A stretch of 64,000 nt of DNA from an uncultured Rhabdochlamydiaceae bacterium (GCA_963712275.1 CAVQHD010000001.1:1632001-1696000), one strand, 5' to 3'; positions 31,984 to 42,370 are shown, counted from the first letter of the stretch. A program made the numbers and translations. Notes: generated by a model from the sequence alone, not told the origin.

Positions 31984-32819
31984 TGTCAGCAACTTTAACA
32001 CCTCCATTCGTGTGGCAACCGTGCGGATCTTACTCAGACATTCTTTATGATAAGCTCCCTGGGATTGCAAAAATCACGATCAATCGACCCCATGTTCGGA
32101 ATGCCTTCCGGCCTTTGACCGTGAAAGAAATGATGCAAGCGCTCGAAGAGGCCCGCCAAGACCCCTCCATTGGGACCATCATCTTAACAGGACGGGGGCG
32201 GGATGCCTTTTGTGCAGGAGGCGATCAGAAAATTCGGGGCGATGCCGGCTATAAAGATACAGAAGGGACTGAGCATTTAAACGTGCTCGATTTTCAAAGG
32301 CAAATCCGCACCTGTCCTAAGCCCGTTATCGCCATGGTTGCAGGGTATGCGATTGGCGGCGGGCATGTTCTTCATATCGTTTGCGATCTGACCATTGCGG
32401 CAGACCATTCTATTTTTGGACAGGTGGGGCCGCGCGTGGGATCGTTTGATGGCGGGTTCGGATCCAGTTACCTGGCGAGAATTGTTGGGCAGAAAAAGGC
32501 TCGGGAGATCTGGTTTCTCTGCAGACAATACTCTGCCCAAGAGGCCCTTGCAATGGGCCTTGTGAATACAGTGGTTCCTTATGAAGACTTAGAGACGACA
32601 ACAGTTGCCTGGTGCCGTGAAATGCTCGAGCTCTCGCCGATGGCCCTCAGATGCCTGAAGGCAGCCCTGAACGCCGACTGCGATGGACAAGCAGGACTTC
32701 AAGAGCTTGCAGGCAATGCCACCATGCTATTCTATATGACAGAAGAAGGGCAGGAAGGGCGTAATGCTTTTAATGAAAAACGGAAGCCAAACTTTACCCA
32801 TTTTAAAAGAAAACCATGA
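31983..32819 (+). CDS. menB: 1,4-dihydroxy-2-naphthoyl-CoA synthase
   Basis: [12 protein letters not shown] and GSFDGGFG motifs; TAATG coupling to menD. Confidence 0.97.
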   Translation: MSATLTPPFVWQPCGSYSDILYDKLPGIAKITINRPHVRNAFRPLTVKEMMQALEEARQDPSIGTIILTGRGRDAFCAGGDQKIRGDAGYKDTEGTEHLNVLDFQRQIRTCPKPVIAMVAGYAIGGGHVLHIVCDLTIAADHSIFGQVGPRVGSFDGGFGSSYLARIVGQKKAREIWFLCRQYSAQEALAMGLVNTVVPYEDLETTTVAWCREMLELSPMALRCLKAALNADCDGQAGLQELAGNATMLFYMTEEGQEGRNAFNEKRKPNFTHFKRKP

Positions 32820-33679
32820 AAACACTTACCTTATGGATTGAAGCCTCCCGCCCCAAAACCCTCTTTGCAAGCCTCTCCCCTGTCTTGATTGCAGCAGCTT
32901 TTGCTGCTTCTCAAGGAGTATTCGTATTCTTTCCTTTTCTCATCACCCTTCTTACGGCCCTTGGGATTCAAGTCGGCGCCAATTTTGCAAACGATTATTT
33001 CGATTTTCTAAGAGGGGGCGATACCCCCTCTAGAAAAGGGCCCCGGCGTCTCCTCTTGTTAGGGCTTGTTTCCCTCTCCCAGATGAGACTGGCTACCTTT
33101 TTGACATTCACAGCAGTCTCCCTCTTAAGCATCTATCTCACGATTCGAGGCGGGCCCGCCATTGCGCTTCTCTCGACCCTTTCGATTTTGCTCGCAGTTG
33201 GGTACTCAGGAGGCCCTTGGCCGCTCGCTTCCAAAGGAGTGTCCGAACTCTTTGTGCTCCTCTTTTTTGGCCCCATTGCAACAGCAGGAGCTGCCTATCT
33301 TCAAACCCTTACTTTTTCATGGGAGGCAGCAGTGCTTGGACTAACCCCTGGGCTCCTATCGACTGCAGTTCTTGCCGTCAACAACCTTCGTGATATTGAA
33401 GAAGACCGAAAAAGCGGTAAAAAGACGCTCGCGGTCCGATACGGAAAACGGTTTACCCAAATCGAATACACCCTCTGCCTCGTCATGGGATGCCTGATCC
33501 CCCTATGCCTTGGATTATGGCTGACCGCTTTTGCCCTCATCCCCGCGGTCATTCCTTTAAAAACCGTGTGGCGCTTCCACCAAGAACAAGAGTTGAATGC
33601 CACTCTTGCGCAAACGGGAAAAATTGGGTTTCTAGCGGCTCTGCTGATCGGCTGCAGCCTCTTCATACATGCGATTTAA
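32816..33679 (+). CDS. menA: 1,4-dihydroxy-2-naphthoate prenyltransferase
   Basis: [14 protein letters not shown] and [20 protein letters not shown] motifs. Confidence 0.93.
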   Translation: MKTLTLWIEASRPKTLFASLSPVLIAAAFAASQGVFVFFPFLITLLTALGIQVGANFANDYFDFLRGGDTPSRKGPRRLLLLGLVSLSQMRLATFLTFTAVSLLSIYLTIRGGPAIALLSTLSILLAVGYSGGPWPLASKGVSELFVLLFFGPIATAGAAYLQTLTFSWEAAVLGLTPGLLSTAVLAVNNLRDIEEDRKSGKKTLAVRYGKRFTQIEYTLCLVMGCLIPLCLGLWLTAFALIPAVIPLKTVWRFHQEQELNATLAQTGKIGFLAALLIGCSLFIHAI

Positions 33680-34472
33680 AGTCTATCGGTTTGAGATCCA
33701 CCACCGCCATCTCGCCTCAAAGAGAGGGCTCCTTTTGGAAGACAGCAAAGGCAGCCTTAGTGAAGTCTCGCCTCTGGAGGGTCGAAGTCAAGAAACCCTC
33801 GAGCAGGCGCTCGAGCAGCTCAAAGCACTGCAGCAAGGGTGGAAAGGCCCTCTCTTACCTTCGGTAGAATTTGGCCTCTATGGACTTTCAGCCCCGCAAG
33901 TCCGTTCAGCTCCTTGTGCACTTCTCCTCTGTGGAACCCCGGATGAAGTGCTCTCCCTTGCTCACTCATCGCATGGATGCACCCTTGCTAAACTTAAAGT
34001 CGGCCACTGGAGCGTTGCTGAAGCAAAAGAGGTGATTCAATCTCTGCCCTTCCGCCTTCGCCTGGACTTCAATCATCGATGGAGTGAAAAGCAGGTGCGT
34101 GAGCTCTGCTCTCATCTATCCCCTCACCAAATCGATTTTTTAGAAGACCCCGGCTGTCCCGTCTCTCCTTTTGCTGAGGCATGCGATGTCGATGCCTCCG
34201 ACCATCTCATTCAAGTATGGAAACCGATGGTCCGAGGCATGCCCCTTAAACGGCGCCCAGTGATTTTAAGCAGCGCTTTAGAAAGTAGCATCGGCCTTCA
34301 TCACATCGCTTCGCTGACCCAAAGCCATGCAATCCCTGCGCATGCCTTAGGACTTGGAACTGGCGCCTATCTCGAAAACGACCTTGTCAACAATCCGCCG
34401 ATTTTGAAAGACGGACATCTCCACTTTCCCCTTCAGTGGGAGTTAAAGAGCACTAGGTTAGTCCCATGTTAG
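33669..34472 (+). CDS. menC: o-succinylbenzoate synthase (short form)
   Basis: EVSPLEG, AKLKVG, LRLDFN, FLEDP, WKP and SSALESSIG motifs. Confidence 0.85.
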   Translation: MRFKVYRFEIHHRHLASKRGLLLEDSKGSLSEVSPLEGRSQETLEQALEQLKALQQGWKGPLLPSVEFGLYGLSAPQVRSAPCALLLCGTPDEVLSLAHSSHGCTLAKLKVGHWSVAEAKEVIQSLPFRLRLDFNHRWSEKQVRELCSHLSPHQIDFLEDPGCPVSPFAEACDVDASDHLIQVWKPMVRGMPLKRRPVILSSALESSIGLHHIASLTQSHAIPAHALGLGTGAYLENDLVNNPPILKDGHLHFPLQWELKSTRLVPC

Positions 34473-35656
34473 TGACCGATGAATTTAAATGGGATTTCCC
34501 TACCTTTGAATCGCATATCGAAGGCATGTGCAGGCAAGTTGCAGTGCACCCCTCACCCCGAGTCCCTTTTCTCGCTCCTTTGACGCCCCTTTCCATCCTC
34601 ACCTTTTTTGCCTGCTGGAAAGTTGGCAAGATTGCCTGCCCCTTGAACCCCAAAAATCCTCTCATCGCCCCTCTTTTAGAAGAGCTTCAAGCCCCTCTAT
34701 TCACGCCAATCTTCCCCTCCCCTTGCCCGCCAACACCGAGACAGTGGGACCTTCATCAACTCGCCACGTTTTTACTCACCTCTGGCTCGACCGGCAAACC
34801 AAAAATCGCCTGCCATACTCTTAAAAACCACGTTCTGAACGCTCAAGGCTCTTTCCTAAAAATGCCACTGACTCCTCAAAGCTGCTGGAGCCTTGCACTC
34901 CCACTTTACCATGTCGGAGGGGTGGCGATTTTATTCCGGTGTTATTTATCAGGCGCCCACGTGCTGCTTTCAAAATCGTGGAATCAAGCCACCCACCTCT
35001 CTCTTGTTCCCACCCAACTTATCAGACTCCTCAAAGAACCCTGCAACCTTCCCCTTCTTCAAGCCATCCTCCTCGGAGGCGCGCCCATCCCCTCTCTCCA
35101 AACACCCTGGCGTGTGATTCCCACCTACGGGATGACAGAGATGAGTTCTCAAATCGTGACCGATCATACCCTCCATCCTCATGCAGAAGTGATGATCTCT
35201 ACCAGTCAAGAAATCTGGGTCCGAGGAGAAACGTTATTTCAAGGATATCTCCAAAACAACCAGACCATTGTCTGCCCCCTGAATGAAGAAGGATGGTTTG
35301 AAACAAAGGACCTCGGCCAGTGGAAAGACGGCCGTTTTCATGTGATTGGGCGGAAAGACAACCTCTTCATCTCAGGAGGAGAAAACATTCAACCCGAAGA
35401 GATTGAGACAGCCATTCGCACCCACTGCCATGAAGATGCGATTGTCGTCCCCCTCAAAGATGAAGAGTATGGAGCGAGACCCGCCGTCTTCCTCAGAGAT
35501 CCTTCCCTCCTCCCTGCTATTCAAGCCAAACTACAAGAAGTGCTCCCCAAATTCAAAATCCCAATCCAGGCCTTTCCCTTTCCCGGCGAAGTAGGGCTGA
35601 AGCCAAATCGGAAACATCTTGAAAAGGTTGCTTATGATAATATGTGTACCCTATGA
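34466..35656 (+). CDS. menE: o-succinylbenzoate-CoA ligase
   Basis: TSGSTGKPK, YGMTEMSSQ and GRKDNLFISGGENIQPEEIE motifs. Confidence 0.92.
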   Translation: MLVTDEFKWDFPTFESHIEGMCRQVAVHPSPRVPFLAPLTPLSILTFFACWKVGKIACPLNPKNPLIAPLLEELQAPLFTPIFPSPCPPTPRQWDLHQLATFLLTSGSTGKPKIACHTLKNHVLNAQGSFLKMPLTPQSCWSLALPLYHVGGVAILFRCYLSGAHVLLSKSWNQATHLSLVPTQLIRLLKEPCNLPLLQAILLGGAPIPSLQTPWRVIPTYGMTEMSSQIVTDHTLHPHAEVMISTSQEIWVRGETLFQGYLQNNQTIVCPLNEEGWFETKDLGQWKDGRFHVIGRKDNLFISGGENIQPEEIETAIRTHCHEDAIVVPLKDEEYGARPAVFLRDPSLLPAIQAKLQEVLPKFKIPIQAFPFPGEVGLKPNRKHLEKVAYDNMCTL

Positions 35657-36411
35657 GCGCCATTGATAAGCTTTTTTACTTCCCACCAGAAGTTAAACTA
35701 ATGATTTGGCACTATTTGAGCCACTCTGATGGGTTGGCCCTTTTTGCAGTCAACAAAGCGTTGGCAGGGTGCCCCGAGCAGCCAGATTTTTGGAAACATC
35801 GCCTACTTGTAGATTTTGCTTTATATACGGGAGACAAGGTACCCCCTGTCGATTTTTTAAATCGCAACACGATTGATTCTATTAATAGCTTTTTTCAACT
35901 ATATGCTAACAGCTCTCCACTTATAGGAGAATTTGTTTCGAAACTCTACCAACCCTTGCCAGAAGAGGATTTAGCGCAGGGCTTTTATAGTGCCTATAAA
36001 AGCACCTATAAAAAAATATCCTCTTTCGGAGAATATACATTTGTTCAGATATGTTGGACCTCCTTCTTATTTACAAAAGGCACCGACTCTAAAACAAATG
36101 AAGCACTGCTAGAGTTGGGTGCCGACCAAGCTACTATAATAAAAATAATAGAATATTCTAGAAATTGTTATCGATTTACAACCGTTTTAAATCTTGCCTC
36201 AGGTACAAAATCTGCGGAGTTATTGCTTAACAAGTGTGACAACGCTATAAAGCAAGAGTCCGCTCGTCGAACAAGGAAAAAATATCTCCGCATTTTTCTG
36301 TATGCTATCGGAGGTATGATCTTTATCTTCGCATCGCTAAAACTCGGCGGTATCATCCGATCTACCGGCATATTTTCAAAAAATCGTCTTTCCTATAGCC
36401 ATTCCCGCTGA
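35644..36411 (+). CDS. F-box-like protein with a C-terminal transmembrane helix
   Basis: FPPEVKLMIWHYLSHSDGLALFAVNK...FWK; hydrophobic stretch near the C-terminus. Confidence 0.6.
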   Translation: MYPMSAIDKLFYFPPEVKLMIWHYLSHSDGLALFAVNKALAGCPEQPDFWKHRLLVDFALYTGDKVPPVDFLNRNTIDSINSFFQLYANSSPLIGEFVSKLYQPLPEEDLAQGFYSAYKSTYKKISSFGEYTFVQICWTSFLFTKGTDSKTNEALLELGADQATIIKIIEYSRNCYRFTTVLNLASGTKSAELLLNKCDNAIKQESARRTRKKYLRIFLYAIGGMIFIFASLKLGGIIRSTGIFSKNRLSYSHSR

Positions 36412-36450
36412 GTAATTTTGCTTTGTTTCAGAAATAGACTAGTGAGGGAG

Positions 36451-36655
36451 GGGTGCATAGTCAAATAGTTGTGAGAGGAAACATGGAAAAATCAAGAAGG
36501 GTGTAGTTATAAAGCAGATAAAAAAACGCCTCACCCCAGAGACACCGAGGAAGATGAGGTTGCACAGAGGATTGTTCTCCACTCTGTGCAACCTCATCTT
36601 CCTCGGTGTCTCTGGGGTGAGGCGTTTCTTCTCCCAATTGCTTGACTATACACCC
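36451..36655. mobile_element. MITE G (205 bp) with a 9-bp target-site duplication and an internal 46-bp hairpin
   Basis: Direct repeat GTGAGGGAG at 36442-36450 and 36656-36664. TIRs GGGTGYATAGTCAA... (26/32). Perfect IR at 36524-36569 / 36582-36627. Confidence 0.9.
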
Positions 36656-36745
36656 GTGAGGGAGTTCGCAAAATTCCCTCTAATAAGCGTATTTTTATAG
36701 CTTTACAAATTTCCTTTTAGTATCTCAGAAAGAAGAGGTGTTTTT

Positions 36746-39700
36746 ATGTCTTTACGATGGAAGGAAATTTTCTGTTCTACGATCTGTTTTAGCCTTGCAA
36801 CAGCAGCCGTTTTCAGTGCTGATTATACAGTCAGTCTAGAGTCAGACTCAGCTGTCAATACAGGAGGAGCAGCTGGGGAGTTACGCTATACTTTGAATCA
36901 GATCTTAAATAGCCAAGCTCAAGGAACAGCCGGACCTTTTAATATTACGTTTTCTGTTCCATCGGTGTCTTTAAATGCCCTCCCTCCTCCAATCAACCTA
37001 TTTACGACAGATACCATCACGATCGGCAATTCTTCAGGCAGTCCTACGACAATTGATGGAAACGGCTTTCGCCCCTTTTTTATCAGGCAAGGCACTGTGA
37101 CCTTGCAGAACATGAACATCCAGGGCGGTGTAGCTCAGGGGGGATCTGGAGCAGATGGCGGTGGCGGTGGGATGGGAGCAGGCGGGGCTGTTTTTATAGA
37201 TGGAGCCACTGTGACCATCAAAGATGTGGTTTTTACTTCTAATACGGCGAGCGCTGGTCTTGGAGGAACCGTGGTAGATCGAGGGGGAGGGGGTGGCCTT
37301 GGAGGAAATGGCGGTTCCAACTATGGTGGTGGCGGTGGATATAGCGGCAATGGAGGCGGGAACTTCGGCGGGGGCGGCTCTATAGCCGATGGAGGAAATG
37401 GGAATGGAGCAAATGCGGGAGGTGGCGGCGGCGGTGCGATTATTGGAGCAACAGGAGGAGCAGGTGGAACAAATGGCAGCCCCGGTGATACGGTCGCAGG
37501 ATATGTTTTTGGAGGAGGCGGTGGTGCAGGCGGTAACGGGACTGGGGCAGGTGGTGTAGGCGGTGGAATGAATCCTGGTTCAGTCGTAGGGATTACCGGT
37601 GGAGGTGGTGGCTATAATGGTAATAATGCTAATGGAGGCGTGGGAGGAGGAGGTGGTGGTGGTGGTAGTGGTGTTGGAGACAATGGAGGAGATGGAGGTA
37701 TTGGTGGCGGCGGCGGTGCCTTAAGAAATGGAGGTTATGGTGGTGGTGGCGGTAGTGGTGGTATTTTTGCAGGAAGTGGAGGTTTTGGAGGTGGCGGCAG
37801 TTACTTAGGAGATGGAGGTTTTGGCGGCGGTGGTGGAGTTAAATTTGGCGTATTTGGCGGGCAAGGGGGGTTTGGTGGTGGCGGTGGCCAGGGAGGTTCT
37901 GGCGGTGTTGGGGCTGTTGGTAATCTATCTACAGGAGGAGATGGCGCAGGTTTTGGAGGGGCCATCTTTGTTAATACTGGGACGATTATATTTCAAGGGA
38001 GCTGTTCAACAACGGGAAACACTGCCTCTGCAAACGGCGGTGCAGGGGCTAGTGCTGGTTTTGCTATTTTCGCGGTTTCTGGGGCAACTCTAACTTTTGC
38101 TCCAGACTTTGGGAGTACCATCACCATTTCTGAGTCGATAGCCGATGATAGTCTAAGTTCTATTCCATCTGGCCAGGCCTGGACGCCAGGATCTGGGGCC
38201 GGCGCTTCTCTCACGGTGCAAGGACCTGGCAATCTCATTTTGAATGGGATGAATACGTATAGTGGGATGACTTCGGTAACAGGAGGAAGACTGTCCGTCA
38301 ATGGTCAGATCTTAGGGGGTATCACCGTTAGTTCAGGAGCGACTCTTGGAGGCGTCGGGACTATCTTTGGAGGAGGCACGATTAGCGGAACCCTTTCTCC
38401 AGGAAATTCAATCGGAAATCTCACGTTCGATACATCGAGTGGCAATATCAATTTAGGAAGTACTGCCGTTACCAATATAGAAATCAGTCCTTCCGCATCC
38501 TCTCAGGTTATCATCACAGGAACGGGAGAGCTTGTCCTTGGCGGCACCGTCAATGTCACCCAGAATGTCGGTAGCTATGCAGCAACTGGAACCTACACGA
38601 TTGTGCAAGGGCCTTATTCTGGAACTTTCGATCCGATTGTGATAGGGGGGTTGCCTAATTTTCAATTTGGCTTGTCGTATGCGCCTAACTTTGTCTATTT
38701 GCTCTACCAAGCTCCTCAGATTTCCACCAAAGGTCTTACGGGAAATAACTTAAAGATAGCGAGCTACTTTAACTCAAACGCATCGACTGATGTGACCAAT
38801 CTATTCACTTCATTAAACCAAGCAGAGCTGACTCAGGCTCTAGAATCGGCAGCGCCAACACGGAGTGCATTTGCCACCTATGCCTCGCAAAATGGGTATC
38901 TTGCTTCAAGCCAGGTCCTGAGCGACCACCTGCGTCATGGGCGACTTCATCAGCAAGAGAGCGCAAGCAATCCAATTGCAGCAGCCCATCTCGATCCCGA
39001 TCAGCTCCTCGCCTATAGTTCTAGGAAAATGCTCAAAGCGCAAGATAAACAACCGTCTTGCGACAAGCAAAGCCCCTACGCCATGTGGCTTGGAACCTTT
39101 GGGGAATATGCCCATGAAAAAGCACAGAACCAGACACCCGCTTTTAACATAGGTCTCGGAGGAGTTATCGCTGCTTTTGACTACAAGGGCGTCAATGCCA
39201 ATGTGGTTGGGGTTGGAGTTGCTTATGTCCACTCCCATCTTCATGAATCAGAAGGGATGGGATCTGCAAGTGTCGATCAAGGGTACATGACGGCCTACGG
39301 CACCCTCAATGCGGCAAACTGGTACTTTGACTTGGCGTTATGGGGAGGATACTACCATACAAGCAATCGTAGGAAAATTTCTCTTTCAGGGTTTCATCAC
39401 ACAGCCAAGTCTCAAACCCACGGATGGCAGATTGCTCCACATTTGGAAATAGGCTACGACGGTTTTCATTTAGAGCGGTGCCATGTGAAGTGGTTTGGCA
39501 TTGAGCCCTTCCTCATGGGCGACTGGGTCGGAAACTGGGAGGAGGGATTCCAAGAGCATGGGGCAAATATTTTGAATATGCGTCAAAAAGGGCGATTTTG
39601 TTCCCTTTTTCGAGGCGAGACGGGACTCCGATTTCATGAAATCGCGAAATTCGACTGGGGAAACATTGTCTTTCGGGAGAAGGGCTCGTATGCTTACCAG

Positions 39701-39925
39701 AAGACTTTCCATACAGGTTCTATCACCTCTTCTCTCATTGGAACTCCCGGCTCATTCACAGTCACGACGCTTACAGGAGCGCAAAACCTGGGGGTCTTTG
39801 AGTTTTCCATGCTTGTGAGGCCAAATAATGATAAAGCGCCTTATGTGGATGTCAGATATCAAGGTGAATTTGGTTCAAGCTACCAGTCGCATCAAGGCAT
39901 TTTCGAGATAGGAAAATTCTTTTGA
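36746..39925 (+). CDS. Autotransporter (Pmp-like) with a glycine-rich passenger
   Basis: Signal peptide; GGAVF, FTSN and GGAIF motifs; Gly-rich tract; LILNGMNTYSG repeat; beta-barrel ending in GKFF. Confidence 0.9.
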   Translation: MSLRWKEIFCSTICFSLATAAVFSADYTVSLESDSAVNTGGAAGELRYTLNQILNSQAQGTAGPFNITFSVPSVSLNALPPPINLFTTDTITIGNSSGSPTTIDGNGFRPFFIRQGTVTLQNMNIQGGVAQGGSGADGGGGGMGAGGAVFIDGATVTIKDVVFTSNTASAGLGGTVVDRGGGGGLGGNGGSNYGGGGGYSGNGGGNFGGGGSIADGGNGNGANAGGGGGGAIIGATGGAGGTNGSPGDTVAGYVFGGGGGAGGNGTGAGGVGGGMNPGSVVGITGGGGGYNGNNANGGVGGGGGGGGSGVGDNGGDGGIGGGGGALRNGGYGGGGGSGGIFAGSGGFGGGGSYLGDGGFGGGGGVKFGVFGGQGGFGGGGGQGGSGGVGAVGNLSTGGDGAGFGGAIFVNTGTIIFQGSCSTTGNTASANGGAGASAGFAIFAVSGATLTFAPDFGSTITISESIADDSLSSIPSGQAWTPGSGAGASLTVQGPGNLILNGMNTYSGMTSVTGGRLSVNGQILGGITVSSGATLGGVGTIFGGGTISGTLSPGNSIGNLTFDTSSGNINLGSTAVTNIEISPSASSQVIITGTGELVLGGTVNVTQNVGSYAATGTYTIVQGPYSGTFDPIVIGGLPNFQFGLSYAPNFVYLLYQAPQISTKGLTGNNLKIASYFNSNASTDVTNLFTSLNQAELTQALESAAPTRSAFATYASQNGYLASSQVLSDHLRHGRLHQQESASNPIAAAHLDPDQLLAYSSRKMLKAQDKQPSCDKQSPYAMWLGTFGEYAHEKAQNQTPAFNIGLGGVIAAFDYKGVNANVVGVGVAYVHSHLHESEGMGSASVDQGYMTAYGTLNAANWYFDLALWGGYYHTSNRRKISLSGFHHTAKSQTHGWQIAPHLEIGYDGFHLERCHVKWFGIEPFLMGDWVGNWEEGFQEHGANILNMRQKGRFCSLFRGETGLRFHEIAKFDWGNIVFREKGSYAYQKTFHTGSITSSLIGTPGSFTVTTLTGAQNLGVFEFSMLVRPNNDKAPYVDVRYQGEFGSSYQSHQGIFEIGKFF

Positions 39926-39945
39926 GCTCTCTATAATTAGATGTA

Positions 39946-40998
39946 ATGGACTTACTAACCCCCGCGCATTTGCAAGATAAGCTCCCGCTAACCGCACGAC
40001 AAAAAGAGAGCGTGCATATGTCGCGATCGACCATCCAAAATCTGATCTGTGGGAAAGATTCCAGAATTGCTCTTGTTTTTGGCCCTTGTTCTATTCACGA
40101 TTTGTCATCTGCTCTTGAGTACGCTCGCCGATTTCGCGCCCTTGCCGAAGAGATTTCAACTAATTGCTTCTGCGTGATGCGGGTTTACGTCGAAAAGCCT
40201 CGCACAAGCACCGGGTGGAAAGGGGTTGTGTACGATCCGCATCTTGATGGTTCAAGCGATCTACAGACGGGAATTTTTTGGGCAAGAGAACTCTTTTTGA
40301 CCTTAACCGATCTGGGAATTCCTATCGCAACAGAAATTCTTCACCCTCTTCTTTCCCCTTTTTTTTCAGATCTCGTCAGCTGGGGCTTTATCGGAGCTCG
40401 AACCTCTGCTTCCCAACCTCATCGAGAACTTGCTTCTTTTCTGCCTTTCCCTGTTGGGTTTAAAAACAGCCCTGACGGCAACATCCAGCAAGCGATTCAA
40501 GCGATGGCATCCACCCGCCAACCTCACCGCTTCCCTTCCATTGGGCCTCAAGGGCAGCTCACAGCTGTCGATAGCGTGGGGAACCCTTGGACCCATGTCG
40601 TCCTCCGCGGCTCTTCATCAGGAAGCAACTACGATCCTGCAACCCTTTCAGACACCTCTCAACTCCTGCAGGCAAGCGGATTCAAGCACCGCATCCTCAT
40701 CGACTGTTCTCACGACAACTGCAGCAAAACATTCTACAAGCAAAAAGAGTCATTTGCCTCCGTCCTTCACCAAATATGCCAGGGAAATCCAATGGTTCTC
40801 GGAATGATGCTAGAAAGCTATCTTGAAGAAGGGTCTCAATTCTTAACTGAAAGCCCCTCAAGCCTCCACTACGGAGTCTCCGTCACAGATCCATGCTTAA
40901 GCTGGAACGAGACTGAAACGCTTCTCTGTGAGGCTGCAAATGTACTCTTCTCCTCAAGTAGTAATAGACATCAAATCTCGTTTCATATACCTTCTTAA
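39946..40998 (+). CDS. DAHP synthase class I-alpha (AroF/G/H family)
   Basis: GPCSIHD, MRVYVEKPRT, IGART, DCSHDN and GVSVTDPC motifs. Confidence 0.92.
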   Translation: MDLLTPAHLQDKLPLTARQKESVHMSRSTIQNLICGKDSRIALVFGPCSIHDLSSALEYARRFRALAEEISTNCFCVMRVYVEKPRTSTGWKGVVYDPHLDGSSDLQTGIFWARELFLTLTDLGIPIATEILHPLLSPFFSDLVSWGFIGARTSASQPHRELASFLPFPVGFKNSPDGNIQQAIQAMASTRQPHRFPSIGPQGQLTAVDSVGNPWTHVVLRGSSSGSNYDPATLSDTSQLLQASGFKHRILIDCSHDNCSKTFYKQKESFASVLHQICQGNPMVLGMMLESYLEEGSQFLTESPSSLHYGVSVTDPCLSWNETETLLCEAANVLFSSSSNRHQISFHIPS

Positions 40999-41004
40999 GG
41001 TATA
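40965..41004 (+). promoter_or_regulatory. higBA promoter with palindromic operator
   Basis: TAGACA-17-TACCTT; IR TATACCTT-N3-AAGGTATA at 40986-41004. Confidence 0.55.
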
Positions 41005-41030
41005 AAAAATATAGGCTAGAAACCAAAACA

Positions 41031-41318
41031 ATGGCTATCTACTCTTTTAAGGATATAGAAGCCGAGGCTTTCTTCTTCAAGGGAAGTAAACCACGAAAAC
41101 GTGGGTGGTATAATGTCAGAGGAATTGTTAAAAGAAAGCTTGACATGTTACATTATGCCAAAGAGTTGAAAGACTTGCGTACCCCGCCAGCCAATCGACT
41201 AGAAAGCCTAAAAGGTGATTTAATTGGATTTTATAGTATTAGAATTAATGACCAATGGCGAATCGTATTTGGTTGGAATAATCAACCCTATGATGTTCAG
41301 ATTTTAGACTACCATTGA
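41031..41318 (+). CDS. higB: HigB-type (RelE superfamily) toxin
   Basis: DLRTPPANRLESLKGD and SIRINDQWRIVF motifs. Confidence 0.92.
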   Translation: MAIYSFKDIEAEAFFFKGSKPRKRGWYNVRGIVKRKLDMLHYAKELKDLRTPPANRLESLKGDLIGFYSIRINDQWRIVFGWNNQPYDVQILDYH

Positions 41319-41327
41319 AGGAAAATT

Positions 41328-41669
41328 ATGAGAAGAAAACCTACTTCCCCTGGAGAAATCCTTAACGAGGAATTTTTAAAACCTTTAGGCATCTCTCAAA
41401 AAGAGTTAGCTGAGCACCTAGACTGTGATTATAAGGTTATTAATCGAATTGTGAATGAACGGGCAAGTGTAACCCCTGAAATAGCGAGTAAGCTAGCCGC
41501 TGCGCTTAATACAACACCTGATTTTTGGCTTAATGCTCAGATGGCAGTTGATTTATGGTCACTACCCACTCAGAGACCAAAAATTCGTCGCCTAAATAGA
41601 AGCAAGCGTCTATTTAAACCTCAAATCCGGACTCACAGACCCAGCAAAGCAGCCAGCGGCTCTACATAA
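41328..41669 (+). CDS. higA: HigA antitoxin (XRE HTH)
   Basis: PGEILNEEFLKPLGISQ and TTPDFWLNAQ motifs. Confidence 0.92.
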   Translation: MRRKPTSPGEILNEEFLKPLGISQKELAEHLDCDYKVINRIVNERASVTPEIASKLAAALNTTPDFWLNAQMAVDLWSLPTQRPKIRRLNRSKRLFKPQIRTHRPSKAASGST

Positions 41670-42370
41670 AAAAGGTAGAGCAGCGTCCCGAGGACCGCCC
41701 CGAGAAGAGGAGCGAAGATGGGGATCCACGCATAAGCCCAATCGGGAGATCCTTTCCCTTTGATGGGAAAGAGAGCGTAGGCAAGGCGAGGACCTAAATC
41801 TCGAGCAGGATTGATCGCATAGCCTGTGGGGCCTCCAAGAGAGAGTCCAATGGCAAAAATAAGAATCCCCACAGCATAAGGCCCCATCCCGCCTGCAATC
41901 CCATTATGCGCATCGAAAATGCCAAGGACCCCAAGAAGGAGCACGGCCGTTCCAATGGTCTCGCATACAAAGTTCCACATATAGCTCCGGATCGCCGGCT
42001 GCGTGGAAAAACAGAGCAGCTTGGATTGAGGGTCGGGAGTTTTTTGCCAGTGCGGAAAATAGGTGAGCCAGACAAGAGCTGCGCCGATGAATGCTCCTAT
42101 CATTTGTCCTGCTAAATAGAAAGGAGCTACCGCCCAGGCGGTTTTTTTAGCGAGGCAAAATCCTAGCGTCACAGCGGGATTCAGATGCCCACCACTGGCC
42201 CACCCAGTCACATAAACAGCAATCGCCACGGCAAATCCCCACCCCGCCGTGATGATGATCCAGCCGCCGTTATACCCTTTTGTTTTCATCAGAAGGTGAT
42301 TCGCAACTACGCCGTTCCCTAAAAGCACCAGTAACATTGTCCCAATCAGCTCAGCCCAAAAATATTCCAT
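41633..42370 (-). CDS. glpF: Glycerol uptake facilitator (MIP family)
   Basis: Two NPA boxes (SGGHLNPAVT, GYAINPARD). Start ATG 42370 with AGAGGAG RBS. Confidence 0.93.
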   Translation of the reverse strand: MEYFWAELIGTMLLVLLGNGVVANHLLMKTKGYNGGWIIITAGWGFAVAIAVYVTGWASGGHLNPAVTLGFCLAKKTAWAVAPFYLAGQMIGAFIGAALVWLTYFPHWQKTPDPQSKLLCFSTQPAIRSYMWNFVCETIGTAVLLLGVLGIFDAHNGIAGGMGPYAVGILIFAIGLSLGGPTGYAINPARDLGPRLAYALFPIKGKGSPDWAYAWIPIFAPLLGAVLGTLLYLFYVEPLAALLGL

